Source: Candidatus Aenigmatarchaeota archaeon (GTDB lineage Archaea > Aenigmatarchaeota > Aenigmatarchaeia > CG10238-14 > SpSt-28). From it: DNA of 64,000 bases. Below are positions 30,301 to 38,819 of this stretch, piece by piece (within the stretch, counting starts at the first letter, position 1; every line of letters begins with the position of its first letter). The notes under the pieces were generated by a model. The model was given only the letters and a program-made list of their open reading frames with translations. It searched no databases and was not told the origin of the DNA. The position numbers and the translations under genes were made by a program. Where the stretch lies: positions 160,001 through 224,000 of the forward strand of contig JAWBAK010000001.1 in NCBI GenBank assembly GCA_038997165.1. Reading direction: 5' to 3'.

Positions 30301-30536
30301 ATTGTACCTCTAAAATTGCAGTGAGTGGAACAGTTAACTTAAGCGATTTGCCAAAAGCTATAAGAGGAAGAAAAAATTTTATTGGTTCCTTAACTTCTTT
30401 AACAAACTTAAATCAAGCTGCACAATATATTGGATGTAATAATCCTATACTTAGATATTGGGATACTTCTACTAACTCTTTTAGAGAATCTACAATTTTA
30501 GAACCTTGGAAAGGTTATATACTCGAATGTAGTTAA
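27306..30536 (+). CDS. Large secreted/surface protein with two DUF2341 domains
   Basis: Signal peptide from the ATG at 27306; two W..R.PITI...DIRFTD...YWIE...IWVKVP...YLYYGN domains; C-terminal LKKGWNLISIP module; N/S/T-rich. Confidence 0.85.
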   Translation: MKRKEKFLTFLFFTIFIYSLSLSFSQTWLSNWQYRIPITITERSGNTLTDYQVLVSINTQNLISQNKMRNDCGDIRFTDSDGITLLNYWIEDGCNTNNTRIWVKVPNIPANSNKIIYLYYGNPNAQSLSNISLVFIFREREIFPSISNTTWGSGTSNPEDTFNTYYHDARNEILIRSSDFGDLAPINITMLRIYVVQRPGRDLDNYRVRYQLTNRTQLTNTFTTSGWILVFGPVNLGRPSAGTVVSLNLNPQIIWTNHSLNLLLDLSRDTSSYVSGGGMYRKLVNIPNTMCTFWGDSNRQWPFDGSCTLRNYVPSIIFVGWFKKYTSLEPTISLGNEEYQRNLNPIWIIYTSNTSYAIINRPILFSSLWNASQIQSNLFLSHYIFSYKLGNSQWINETYKFGIASQTWLSNWQYRIPITITERSGNTLTDYQVLVSINTQNLISQNKMRNDCGDIRFTDSDGITLLNYWIEDGCNTNNTRIWVKVPNIPANSNKIIYLYYGNPSATSMSNGDNTFIFFDDFRIATSINTNKWIVSRYSGDTNNECVISNNVLWLTKKSLWKGCNILARNLNIKYNSQYTIHVKFKIDYVCAASNDGDGLAIVIDGKSNSASYGCNKGFSTTSQGIVIEIFDDRPNGDNLNGIGIDDETANCNLEGRVTSSIPQKSSDLNDGLFEIKLTGTQINVTYYDLNLANGYLIRSLITNTWNPNGNGYFMIGAGAGCSDCNGDGSCNDPDSEHGIEYIFIRKYSSIEPIISLGNEETNLPFTAWANVTKSFSQVGNLCWRFYANNTIGLWNSTPINCSINIISPEFSLEVKLIRPNENSISNLIVGESLNIRAHVKMRSQYNFCIDVNAYLRYNVSSNMPDSLVPTSSNSIISNANPISFNLCTNREIPIDFTIYATKPSFKVLDINFCVLNICNDTSNFYINISLVATRDFNLKKGWNLISIPYKFIYFDLNNDNCNIKEKIFHHYNASSNSWKYFTYDKLVPGISYWVYSEKDCTSKIAVSGTVNLSDLPKAIRGRKNFIGSLTSLTNLNQAAQYIGCNNPILRYWDTSTNSFRESTILEPWKGYILECS
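27377..27673 (+). repeat. 297-bp perfect direct repeat, copy 1
   Basis: Base-by-base identical to 28517-28813 (offset 1140). Confidence 0.97.
28517..28813 (+). repeat. 297-bp perfect direct repeat, copy 2
   Basis: Identical to 27377-27673. Confidence 0.97.
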
Positions 30537-30538
30537 AA

Positions 30539-30949
30539 TTAGCTAGGTTTCCAGCTAAATACAATTATTTCTTTGTAAAAAACCTTACCATCACTAAATA
30601 TTAATTCAACTTCGCTTGTAGTTGGTAACTCTGTTTGTTGAAAAGGATATTGACAAGGAGAAACTCTAACATTTAAAGAAACATAGTATCCAAAGTCCTC
30701 TAATTTTTCTAACATTTTTGCAAATTCTTCAATATTATATTTGAATTCATCGCAGTCTTTAGATAAATTAACGATTTCTAAAAATTTTTCTTTTATATTT
30801 TTAATTAATAATGCATATTCCGGTAAATAATACGATGGGTTAATAAAAAAAATTCTACTAATATTAAAATACAAAGTTATTAAAATACCTACAATTAATA
30901 TAGCTGCTAATGTCATAAATTGAGCTTTACAATATTTGTAAAATGGCAT
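30539..30949 (-). CDS. Pilin-like protein with class III signal peptide
   Basis: KA/QFMTLAAILIVGILITL followed by a soluble domain with a Cys pair. Confidence 0.65.
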   Translation of the reverse strand: MPFYKYCKAQFMTLAAILIVGILITLYFNISRIFFINPSYYLPEYALLIKNIKEKFLEIVNLSKDCDEFKYNIEEFAKMLEKLEDFGYYVSLNVRVSPCQYPFQQTELPTTSEVELIFSDGKVFYKEIIVFSWKPS

Positions 30950-31226
30950 GTTTCTGATCATCTATAATTAAAATATTTTTTTCATTAATTAATCCAATTT
31001 TAATAAGCAAATCTACTGAATTTTTTCCAAAGGCATTTATTACATCAAATTTTTCCTTTTTAATTAAATTTATTAATTCGTTTTCATTAACTAATTTTTC
31101 AAAATAAAAATTTTTCGAAACTTTTATTTTTAAATTATTAAAAAAATATTCTTTTTCTAAAACTTCCTCATCACAAATAGCTAAAATTTTAAAACCAAAT
31201 TTTTCATGTATTTTTATACAAAACAT
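30927..31226 (-). CDS. DUF424 family protein
   Basis: ILAICDEE, NFY and INAFGKNSV motifs; conserved adjacency to aIF-2beta. Confidence 0.88.
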   Translation of the reverse strand: MFCIKIHEKFGFKILAICDEEVLEKEYFFNNLKIKVSKNFYFEKLVNENELINLIKKEKFDVINAFGKNSVDLLIKIGLINEKNILIIDDQKHAILQIL

Positions 31227-31631
31227 CTAATATCTTAGAATCTTTTTATTACCGCATGCCTCACACTTTAAATATCTTATTTTATTTTCCTCTATAATAA
31301 TTGTTTCTGGCTTATTGCATACATCACAAATAACAAAATTCTTTATATACTCTTCTAATTTTTTTCTTAAAATTTCTTTATTGACTAATCCATTTAAAAC
31401 TAATATATCTTTTTCAAATCTTGCAGGAATTCCAACTATTCTAGAGAAATCTCCCTTAAAATCTTCTTCTTTTCTTTTTATTTTAAAAAGTATTTCCTTA
31501 ATATTTAAAATGTAGGTTTTGTTTTTTTCATATTTAACTTCAATTTCTGGAATTGCATATCTATCGCTAGAAATAAAAACATCAGGAAGTTTCTTTAAAG
31601 CTTCTTCTAACATTTCTTCATAACTTTTCAT
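31227..31631 (-). CDS. eif2b: Translation initiation factor aIF-2 beta
   Basis: YEEML, FVICDVCNKPET and LKCEACG motifs. Confidence 0.92.
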   Translation of the reverse strand: MKSYEEMLEEALKKLPDVFISSDRYAIPEIEVKYEKNKTYILNIKEILFKIKRKEEDFKGDFSRIVGIPARFEKDILVLNGLVNKEILRKKLEEYIKNFVICDVCNKPETIIIEENKIRYLKCEACGNKKILRY

Positions 31632-32335
31632 TTTATAGCTTTATACTTTCCTGGAGCAATTTCATATATTTTTCCTTGATTCATTAAATTATCTATAGCT
31701 TTAATAACTTTTTCTCTATCTAAATTAATAAATGAAAAAATTTCTGAAATAGAAATTCCATCTTGAAATTTTTCTATTATTTCATAAATTTTTTCATCAA
31801 CTTTTTCAATCATTTTTAGTTTAAGTATTTCATTTATTTGAATTTCGTCTAATTCAAACCTTCTTTTTGCTTCTTGAATTAATTCATTATAACTTAAAAT
31901 TTCCGATAATTTTAGAATTTCATTAACTTTTAATGAATTTTGTTTTATTCTTTTTATTATCTTAAGTTTAAAAAAACTTTCAAAAGAAAAATCAACTTTT
32001 TTAATAAACTCTGCTCTTAAATATCTATAAGTTGTTTCTTTAATTTTTCCAAAAGTAAAAATTATGTCGCCAATATCAACTTTAAAACTTTCGTTAACTA
32101 ATTTTCCAAAACACTTTATTATAATGTCATCTGTATCATCGCATACATTTAATCTTGCATATGTCATTTCGCTATTTACGTATTTATCAACTAAAGTCCC
32201 AACAATTCCTGCTCTAATAACTTTTTCTCCTAATTTAGTAACTATAAATGATGGTAATTTTTCCTCTTTGTTTCCTTCAAAATATGAAGAATTTTTTATT
32301 TCTATTATTCTTAATGGTATTATAGGATATCTCAT
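31628..32335 (-). CDS. RPA32/RPA2-like OB-fold plus winged-helix protein
   Basis: G.KV.R..IVGTLVDK, DDTD and C-terminal IDNLMNQGKIYEIAPGKYK motifs. Confidence 0.75.
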   Translation of the reverse strand: MRYPIIPLRIIEIKNSSYFEGNKEEKLPSFIVTKLGEKVIRAGIVGTLVDKYVNSEMTYARLNVCDDTDDIIIKCFGKLVNESFKVDIGDIIFTFGKIKETTYRYLRAEFIKKVDFSFESFFKLKIIKRIKQNSLKVNEILKLSEILSYNELIQEAKRRFELDEIQINEILKLKMIEKVDEKIYEIIEKFQDGISISEIFSFINLDREKVIKAIDNLMNQGKIYEIAPGKYKAIK

Positions 32336-32381
32336 AAATTTGAAAGAAAACAAAAAATAAATATGTGCAAATATATATAGA

Positions 32382-32454
32382 GGGGAGGTAGTTTAGCTTG
32401 GGAGAATGCAGGCCTTGGGAGCCTGTGACCTGGGTTCAAATCCCAGCCTCCCCA
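32382..32454 (+). tRNA. tRNA-Pro(UGG), intronless
   Basis: Acceptor stem GGGGAGG/CCTCCCC, anticodon stem CAGGC/GCCTG with loop CTTGGGA, T-arm CTGGG-TTCAAAT-CCCAG. CCA is not encoded after the discriminator A. Confidence 0.96.
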
Positions 32455-32480
32455 ATATTTTTGTTTAGAAAATATTATTT

Positions 32481-33809
32481 ATGAGAGAATTATTGGCAAA
32501 CTTAGGTTTTTTATTGCAACTATCTGGATTTTTCATTTTTATTGTTGCGATAGTTTCGGTATATTTGAATGAAATAAGAGAAGCAATATCTTTTTTTCTT
32601 ACAGCATCTTTGTTCTTTATACTTGGATTTCCTTTAAATGCTTTATCTGAAAGAAAAGAAATTAATTTTAGAGAAAGTTTGATTTTATTTTTTCTAACTT
32701 TTTTATTTTTAGGAATAATTGGTTCTATACCTTATATATATTTAGATTTGTTTGAAAAAGAAGACTTAATTTCAAAAATAATTAATTCGATTTTTGAAAG
32801 TGTTTCTGGATTTACAACTACAGGAATTTCTTTTTTGAATAGCTCTAACTTATCAACTTCTATGAAAATTTATAGAGCTTTTACTCAATTTATTGGTGGT
32901 ATAGGAATAGTTTATTTATTATTAACTTTTCTATATTCTTCGAATTATAAAATTTCTAGAGTTTTTAATAAATTGTTGGGTTTTGATATTAAATCAGAAA
33001 TAAAAAAGAATGTACTTGAAATTTTAGTAATTTTTAGTTTGATTACTATATCTTTATCTCTTTTAATGTATTATTTTAACAAAGATATAATAAAATCTTT
33101 TTGCTTAGTAATGAGCGGAATTTCAACGGGTGGATTTTCTCACTATGATTTAAAAAGTTTAATTATAGAAGAAAAGATAATATTAATAGTTTCAATGATA
33201 TTTGGTTCAATTTCTTTATTTATTTTATCTAAATTCAAAAAAGAAATTATTCCATATATCATATTTATTTCGATTCTGTTTTTAATCCTAAGTTTTAATA
33301 ATATAAATTCTATAGACTCTTTATTCCACTCTGTATCTTTAATTTCTACAACAGGATATTCTTATATTAACTATAATATTTTTTCTCCTACAATACTTTT
33401 CATTTTTTCTATTTTAATGCTAATTGGAGGAATGGCAATTTCTACTTCTGGAGGAATAAAAATAATAAGAATTATAAATAGTATAAAATACATAGCAAAA
33501 TTTATAAAAAGTTTTACAAAAGAGGAAAAAATAGAAGTTAAAGATGAAGAGGTTATTTCATTATCTTACTTATTTTGTTATTTTTTTATTTGGATAATAG
33601 TCAGTATAATTTTTTCTTTTTATACGAATAGCTTGGAAAAATCTTTATTCGATACTGCATCAATTCTTTCAACAGGGGGATTTTCAAGCGGATTAATAAA
33701 TTCAGACTTAGCTTTGGAACTTAAAATTTTAATAATTTTTTTAATGATATTAGGAAGAATCGAAATAATACCTATATTTGCTATTTTTATATTTAGTAAA
33801 AATAAATGA
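32481..33809 (+). CDS. trkH: TrkH-family potassium uptake permease
   Basis: FESVSGFTTTG, STGG and LMILGRIEI pore motifs. Confidence 0.92.
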   Translation: MRELLANLGFLLQLSGFFIFIVAIVSVYLNEIREAISFFLTASLFFILGFPLNALSERKEINFRESLILFFLTFLFLGIIGSIPYIYLDLFEKEDLISKIINSIFESVSGFTTTGISFLNSSNLSTSMKIYRAFTQFIGGIGIVYLLLTFLYSSNYKISRVFNKLLGFDIKSEIKKNVLEILVIFSLITISLSLLMYYFNKDIIKSFCLVMSGISTGGFSHYDLKSLIIEEKIILIVSMIFGSISLFILSKFKKEIIPYIIFISILFLILSFNNINSIDSLFHSVSLISTTGYSYINYNIFSPTILFIFSILMLIGGMAISTSGGIKIIRIINSIKYIAKFIKSFTKEEKIEVKDEEVISLSYLFCYFFIWIIVSIIFSFYTNSLEKSLFDTASILSTGGFSSGLINSDLALELKILIIFLMILGRIEIIPIFAIFIFSKNK

Positions 33810-33826
33810 TTTAAGAAAAAAATTAT

Positions 33827-35263
33827 ATGAGTAAAGAATTGGGAATTAAAGCAAAAAAAGAAAATTTAAGTGAATGGTATGAAGAGGTTATTTTGAAAAC
33901 TCAGTTAGCAGATTATTCTCCAGTTAAAGGCTGTATAATTTACTTACCTTATAGTTATGCAATCTGGAACTTAATTAAAGAAGAATTTACAAAAATTATA
34001 AAAGATGAAGTAAGCGAAGTTTATTTTCCATTATTTATTCCCAAAAGTATTTTAGAAAAAGAGGCTAAGCATTTCGAAGGATTTAGCCCAGAAGTTGCGT
34101 GGGTTACTAGAGGTGGAAATAGCGATTTAGATGAATGGCTAGCAGTTAGACCAACAAGTGAAACAATAATATATTCTTATATTTCCAAATTGATTAAAAG
34201 TTATAGAGATTTGCCACTAAGAATTATTCAATGGTGTAATGTTGTAAGATGGGAAACAAAAGCAACTAAACCATTTTTAAGAGGGAGAGAATTTCTATGG
34301 CATGAAGGTCATACCTTTCACGCAACTTTTGAAGAAGCTGAAGAAGAAATGAAAAAAAGAATTTATCAATATAAAGATTTTGTTGAAAAATATTTGGCGA
34401 TACCCGTAATAGTTGGATATAAAAGTGAATATGAAAAATTTGCTGGTGCACATACAACAACAACTATAGAAACTTTATTACCAGATTTTAAAGCATTACA
34501 ATGCGGTACATCACATAATTTAGCTGATAATTTTTCAAAAGTGTTTGAAATATATTTTCAAGATAAAGATGGAAAAAATAAATTAGTATTTCAAACCTCT
34601 TGGGGATTTTCAACTAGATTAATAGGTGCATTAGTAATGATTCATGGAGATGATAAAGGTTTAATTTTGCCACCAAAAATTGCCCCCTATCAAATTGTAA
34701 TTGTGCCTATTTACTATAATGAAGAAGAAAAAAACCTAGTATTTCAAAAAGTTAAAGAAATTGAAAATAAGTTAAAACAAAAATATAGAGTTATTTCCGA
34801 TTTAAGAGAAGAATATACACCTGGATATAAATTTAATGAATGGGAAATGAAAGGAGTTCCAATAAGAATAGAAATAGGAATGAATGAAATTAAAAATAAA
34901 ACTTTAGTTATTCATAGAAGAGATGAAATGAAAAAAGAAATAATTAAAGAAGAAGAATTAGAAAGTAAAATTAATACTCTTATCGAAGAAATTCAATCAA
35001 ACTTATTTAATAGAGCTAAAAAGTTTTTAGATGAACATATATATGTTGCAAACAATTTCGAAGAATTTAAAGAAAAAATTGATAAAGGTTTTGTAATAGC
35101 TAATCATTGTGGTGATCAAGGTTGCGAAGAAAAAATTAAAGAATTAACAAAAGCAACGTGTAGAGTAATAGAATTTGATAATAATAAACCTTTTGGAGAT
35201 GAAAAATGTGTACTTTGCGGAAAAAAAGCTAAATATAAAGCCTACTTTGCAAGAGCATATTAA
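33827..35263 (+). CDS. proS: Prolyl-tRNA synthetase (archaeal/eukaryotic type)
   Basis: RPTSET, REFLWHEGHT, QTSWG.STR and C-terminal ARAY motifs. Confidence 0.98.
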   Translation: MSKELGIKAKKENLSEWYEEVILKTQLADYSPVKGCIIYLPYSYAIWNLIKEEFTKIIKDEVSEVYFPLFIPKSILEKEAKHFEGFSPEVAWVTRGGNSDLDEWLAVRPTSETIIYSYISKLIKSYRDLPLRIIQWCNVVRWETKATKPFLRGREFLWHEGHTFHATFEEAEEEMKKRIYQYKDFVEKYLAIPVIVGYKSEYEKFAGAHTTTTIETLLPDFKALQCGTSHNLADNFSKVFEIYFQDKDGKNKLVFQTSWGFSTRLIGALVMIHGDDKGLILPPKIAPYQIVIVPIYYNEEEKNLVFQKVKEIENKLKQKYRVISDLREEYTPGYKFNEWEMKGVPIRIEIGMNEIKNKTLVIHRRDEMKKEIIKEEELESKINTLIEEIQSNLFNRAKKFLDEHIYVANNFEEFKEKIDKGFVIANHCGDQGCEEKIKELTKATCRVIEFDNNKPFGDEKCVLCGKKAKYKAYFARAY

Positions 35264-35279
35264 AAAATAAAAAATAAAA

Positions 35280-36047
35280 CTAAATTAGCCAAGAAAACCA
35301 ACTTCTTACTCTTTTTAGATATGCTGTAAATGGTACTTTATAATCTTCTCCAGCTAAATAAGCGGCTAATTTCATAAATTCTATTGCCGCTTTGCTATAA
35401 TCGTTAATTTCTAAATATGTTTTACCTAAAGCTAATGCTTTTTCAAAATCTGAATCAAAAGGTATTGCAGCAATTACTGGCAAATTTGTTAATTCTTCTA
35501 TTTCTCCAATAGTCAATTCATGTACTCTTCCTGTAACTTTATTAACTACAACACCAAGTGGTTTTAATCCTAATTTTTCTGCTACTTCATTTATTTTAAT
35601 AACATCTGTTACTGCAGCTATATTTGGATTTGTAACATATAATATTTCTTTCGAAGCCTTCATAGCACTTACAGCTTCTCTTCCAATTCCAGGTGCGCTA
35701 TCTATTAATACAAAATCGCTATATGGAATTTCTTTTATTACTTTTTCTAATTTTGTAATATCTACATTTTGTAATTCATTAACATCTAATGAGCTTGGAA
35801 TTATTTTTAGGCCACTATCGTGAAAATATATTGCATCTATTACTGTTTTTGTTTCTTCTCTCAATACATGATTTAGAGTTGTTGGACTATAAAACATTCC
35901 AAAATTCATTGCTAGATGTGGAGTAGTTATATTAGCATCTATTATAGTAACGCTTTTTCCTAACTTCACTAAAGCTAAACCAAGATTTGAAGTTACTGTT
36001 GTTTTACCTACACCACCTTTTCCGCTAGCTATCGTTATTATCCTCAT
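35280..36047 (-). CDS. minD: MinD-family ATPase with C-terminal amphipathic helix
   Basis: Deviant Walker A KGGVGKTT, IDSAPG, and C-terminal YLKRVRSWFSWLI. Confidence 0.9.
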   Translation of the reverse strand: MRIITIASGKGGVGKTTVTSNLGLALVKLGKSVTIIDANITTPHLAMNFGMFYSPTTLNHVLREETKTVIDAIYFHDSGLKIIPSSLDVNELQNVDITKLEKVIKEIPYSDFVLIDSAPGIGREAVSAMKASKEILYVTNPNIAAVTDVIKINEVAEKLGLKPLGVVVNKVTGRVHELTIGEIEELTNLPVIAAIPFDSDFEKALALGKTYLEINDYSKAAIEFMKLAAYLAGEDYKVPFTAYLKRVRSWFSWLI

Positions 36048-36061
36048 AAATATTTACCATT

Positions 36062-36892
36062 TTAGTAATTTATATTTTTAATTTTTATCAATTTTTTAGA
36101 TAATTTAAATAACTCCTCTTCTATTATTTTTTTAGAATTCTCTATAAGATTTTCAGAAATATCATATCTATAATTTTTTTTAATTAATTTATTAATTTTT
36201 TCGTTAATTTTTTCATCTATAACTAACTTAGGAAAGTTTTTAAAATCTTTGATAGTTAAAATTGGTTTATTTAATAAAGCTGCATAAAGTAATTCTTTAT
36301 AAAATTTGTTTTTAGAAAAATCAATAACGATATCAACATACTTTAATAACTTTATTAATTCGTTTTTTTCCAATTTTCTTTTTAGGAAATAAATTCCTTT
36401 GGAATTTGATGTATTTAAATCTAAAATCCCATAAATATAAATTTCAAATTCCTTAGATAAAAGTGTCATTATTCCAACAACCTCTAGAGAAATTTTGTCA
36501 CATAAAAACAATACAACTTTTCTATTTTTATTTTCAAAAATTTTTTCTATTTTAACTTCAGGAATATTGTTACTAATAATATATGGAAAATAGATAACGT
36601 TATCAAAAAAGCTTCTTTCAATCCTATAAACATACATTTTCTCTTTATCAATTAAACTTAGTTCATCAATTTTATTTATAACTTTTTCTAAATCTAATTT
36701 TAAATCAGAAAGATTTAAAATAAAATCTAATTCTTTATAATATTTTTCTAATTCACTAAATGGTAATAAAAAAATATTATAATATCTTCTTCTCTCTTCT
36801 GAATCAAAAAGAAAATAGTAAAACTCGAAATTTAAAAATTTTAAAGTTTCAATTAAATCTATATCGTATTCGTCTATTATTCCTATTTTCAT
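36062..36892 (-). CDS. Degenerate GT-B (GT4-like) fold protein
   Basis: MKIG start and ELIKLLKYVDIVI...LYAALLNKPIL; paralog of 37514-38365. Confidence 0.5.
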   Translation of the reverse strand: MKIGIIDEYDIDLIETLKFLNFEFYYFLFDSEERRRYYNIFLLPFSELEKYYKELDFILNLSDLKLDLEKVINKIDELSLIDKEKMYVYRIERSFFDNVIYFPYIISNNIPEVKIEKIFENKNRKVVLFLCDKISLEVVGIMTLLSKEFEIYIYGILDLNTSNSKGIYFLKRKLEKNELIKLLKYVDIVIDFSKNKFYKELLYAALLNKPILTIKDFKNFPKLVIDEKINEKINKLIKKNYRYDISENLIENSKKIIEEELFKLSKKLIKIKNINY

Positions 36893-36901
36893 AAATTAAA
36901 A

Positions 36902-37171
36902 TCATTCCCAAGAAATAAAACCTAACTCTGTAAGTTCCTTAAAAATTTCATCCAAAACTTTTTTAATCATTTCCTTATCCATTTGGGTTCTTTCAGATAG
37001 AATTTCTAATATTTCTTCATACTTTTTTTTACCATCACAATATTTTAATAAACCAACAGCAATGGGATCTATTTGATATAATTTTTCTTTATCAATAGTA
37101 GCATAATAGGTATTTAAATAATTAATTATAGTAAGATTTTCATTTTTTTTAGGCCTTTTTCCTTCAAACAT
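36902..37171 (-). CDS. PqqD / RiPP-recognition-element-like protein
   Basis: LYQIDPIAVGLLKYCDGKKKYEEI...IFKELTELGFI matches the PqqD winged fold. Confidence 0.75.
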   Translation of the reverse strand: MFEGKRPKKNENLTIINYLNTYYATIDKEKLYQIDPIAVGLLKYCDGKKKYEEILEILSERTQMDKEMIKKVLDEIFKELTELGFISWE

Positions 37172-37172
37172 T

Positions 37173-37454
37173 TCACTTTCCTAATCTTTTTCTCAATTCT
37201 TCTAATATTTCTTCATCTGTAACTTTTTGTGCAAATTTCTGTTTTAAATAACATAATTTTGCCTTTCCTACTTTTCTTTGATATATTATTTCTGCTCCTA
37301 ATAATTCATGTAAATATTTTGCTACAGTTATTCTACTATATCCTAGCTCATCTGAAATTTGCTGTATTGTTAGACCTTCTGGATGTTTTCTTAACAAATC
37401 TATTATTAATTTTCTAGCATCTTCTTTTTTCTTTTTTTCCTCTCTTTCCTCCAT
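37173..37454 (-). CDS. Small winged-helix DNA-binding protein
   Basis: PEGLTIQQISDELGYSRITVAKYL...RKVGKAKL motif. Confidence 0.88.
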   Translation of the reverse strand: MEEREEKKKKEDARKLIIDLLRKHPEGLTIQQISDELGYSRITVAKYLHELLGAEIIYQRKVGKAKLCYLKQKFAQKVTDEEILEELRKRLGK

Positions 37455-37513
37455 AATATTAAGATAATAAAAAATATTTATATTTATTGTTTAACTTATT
37501 TGTTAACTAATTA

Positions 37514-38365
37514 TTAAATCCTTAATTTTATTTCTATTAATTCTCTTAATTCTTTTTCAAAAATTTTTGCAGAATTTTTATAATCATATTCTTTTGCAAT
37601 TAACCGATTTGCTTCATATTCTTCAAAATTTAGTAATCTTTGAATTTTAGCTAAAAAGTTTCCAAAATTTATATTTGGAGTACCCAAAAAACCATCATTA
37701 GTAATAACTATTTTTTTCATAGCCATTGCTTCTAATACTTCCTTTTTCATATTTTCAATTGCAATTATTAAATTGCTATTCAAATATAATTCTGCTCTTT
37801 CTTTTTTACTTAATTCTCTACTAATGAAAGTAATAAATGGATAAATTTTATTTGAAGTTGCTTGATAGACAATAAAATTTAAATCTTTAATTAATTTTTT
37901 CAATTCTAACATTTTTTCCAAAAATGAAACCAAGCCTGTATCAAAAGAATTTGCTAATATCGTAATTCTATTAATCTTATCAAATTTTTTAAATTTAGAT
38001 TTAAAATTACTAAAAAACTCAAAATCAATAAAATATGGAAAATAAATACAATTTTCTATTTTTTTATTTCTAATCGCATAAAATTCGTAATCAAAAACAT
38101 ATCTTTCTAATTCATTTTCTACAATTTTTATATTAATTGCATAATTGCTTTTAAAATTTATATTTCTATCTATAAAAAGTATTTTAACATCTTCTTGTTT
38201 TATTGCATTTTCAAAATTTAAAGTTTTTATTATTTTTATATTGTTTTCTGGAAAAAATTCTCCAGATTCTTTACTTTTTTCAAATATTACGATTTCATAG
38301 TTAATTAGACTTAAAAATTTTATTATGTCTTCATCTACTTTATCTAAAAGAAATCCTATTTTCAT
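37514..38365 (-). CDS. Degenerate GT-B (GT4-like) fold protein
   Basis: MKIGF start (ATG 38365) and ELYLNSNLII...VLEAMAMKKIVIT motif. Confidence 0.6.
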   Translation of the reverse strand: MKIGFLLDKVDEDIIKFLSLINYEIVIFEKSKESGEFFPENNIKIIKTLNFENAIKQEDVKILFIDRNINFKSNYAINIKIVENELERYVFDYEFYAIRNKKIENCIYFPYFIDFEFFSNFKSKFKKFDKINRITILANSFDTGLVSFLEKMLELKKLIKDLNFIVYQATSNKIYPFITFISRELSKKERAELYLNSNLIIAIENMKKEVLEAMAMKKIVITNDGFLGTPNINFGNFLAKIQRLLNFEEYEANRLIAKEYDYKNSAKIFEKELRELIEIKLRI

Positions 38366-38819
38366 AAAAATTAAACTATTGATATCAATAATATGTTTAG
38401 TATTAATCTTCATTCTTATTTTATTTATAAAAAATAATTCTGTAAATTATGAAATAAGATATGCTGCTTTTGTTATAGATGGTGATACATTTGTTGACGA
38501 AAAGGGAGAGAAAATAAGATTAATTGGGATCAATGCTCCAGAAATTGGTGAAAAATGTTATGAAGAATCTAAGGCAAAATTAAAAGAAATGATAGAAAAA
38601 AAGTATGTTAAAATAGTTTATGATGTTAAAAAAAGAGATAAATATAATAGGACTCTTGCGTACGTTTTTGTTAACGATTTAAATGTTAATTTAATAATGA
38701 TTAAAGAAGGTTATGCAGTTGTTTATCCAGATAATTTAAATACAAAATTTTTAAAGGAGTTCTATTTTGCAGAAAAATATGCAAAAGAGAATAAAATTGG
38801 TTGTTTATGGAAAGATTAA
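38325..38819 (+). CDS. Membrane-anchored thermonuclease (SNase family); start uncertain
   Basis: VIDGDT, IRLIGINAPE, DKYNRTLAYV and N-terminal TM segment. Confidence 0.92.
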   Translation: MSSSTLSKRNPIFIKIKLLISIICLVLIFILILFIKNNSVNYEIRYAAFVIDGDTFVDEKGEKIRLIGINAPEIGEKCYEESKAKLKEMIEKKYVKIVYDVKKRDKYNRTLAYVFVNDLNVNLIMIKEGYAVVYPDNLNTKFLKEFYFAEKYAKENKIGCLWKD

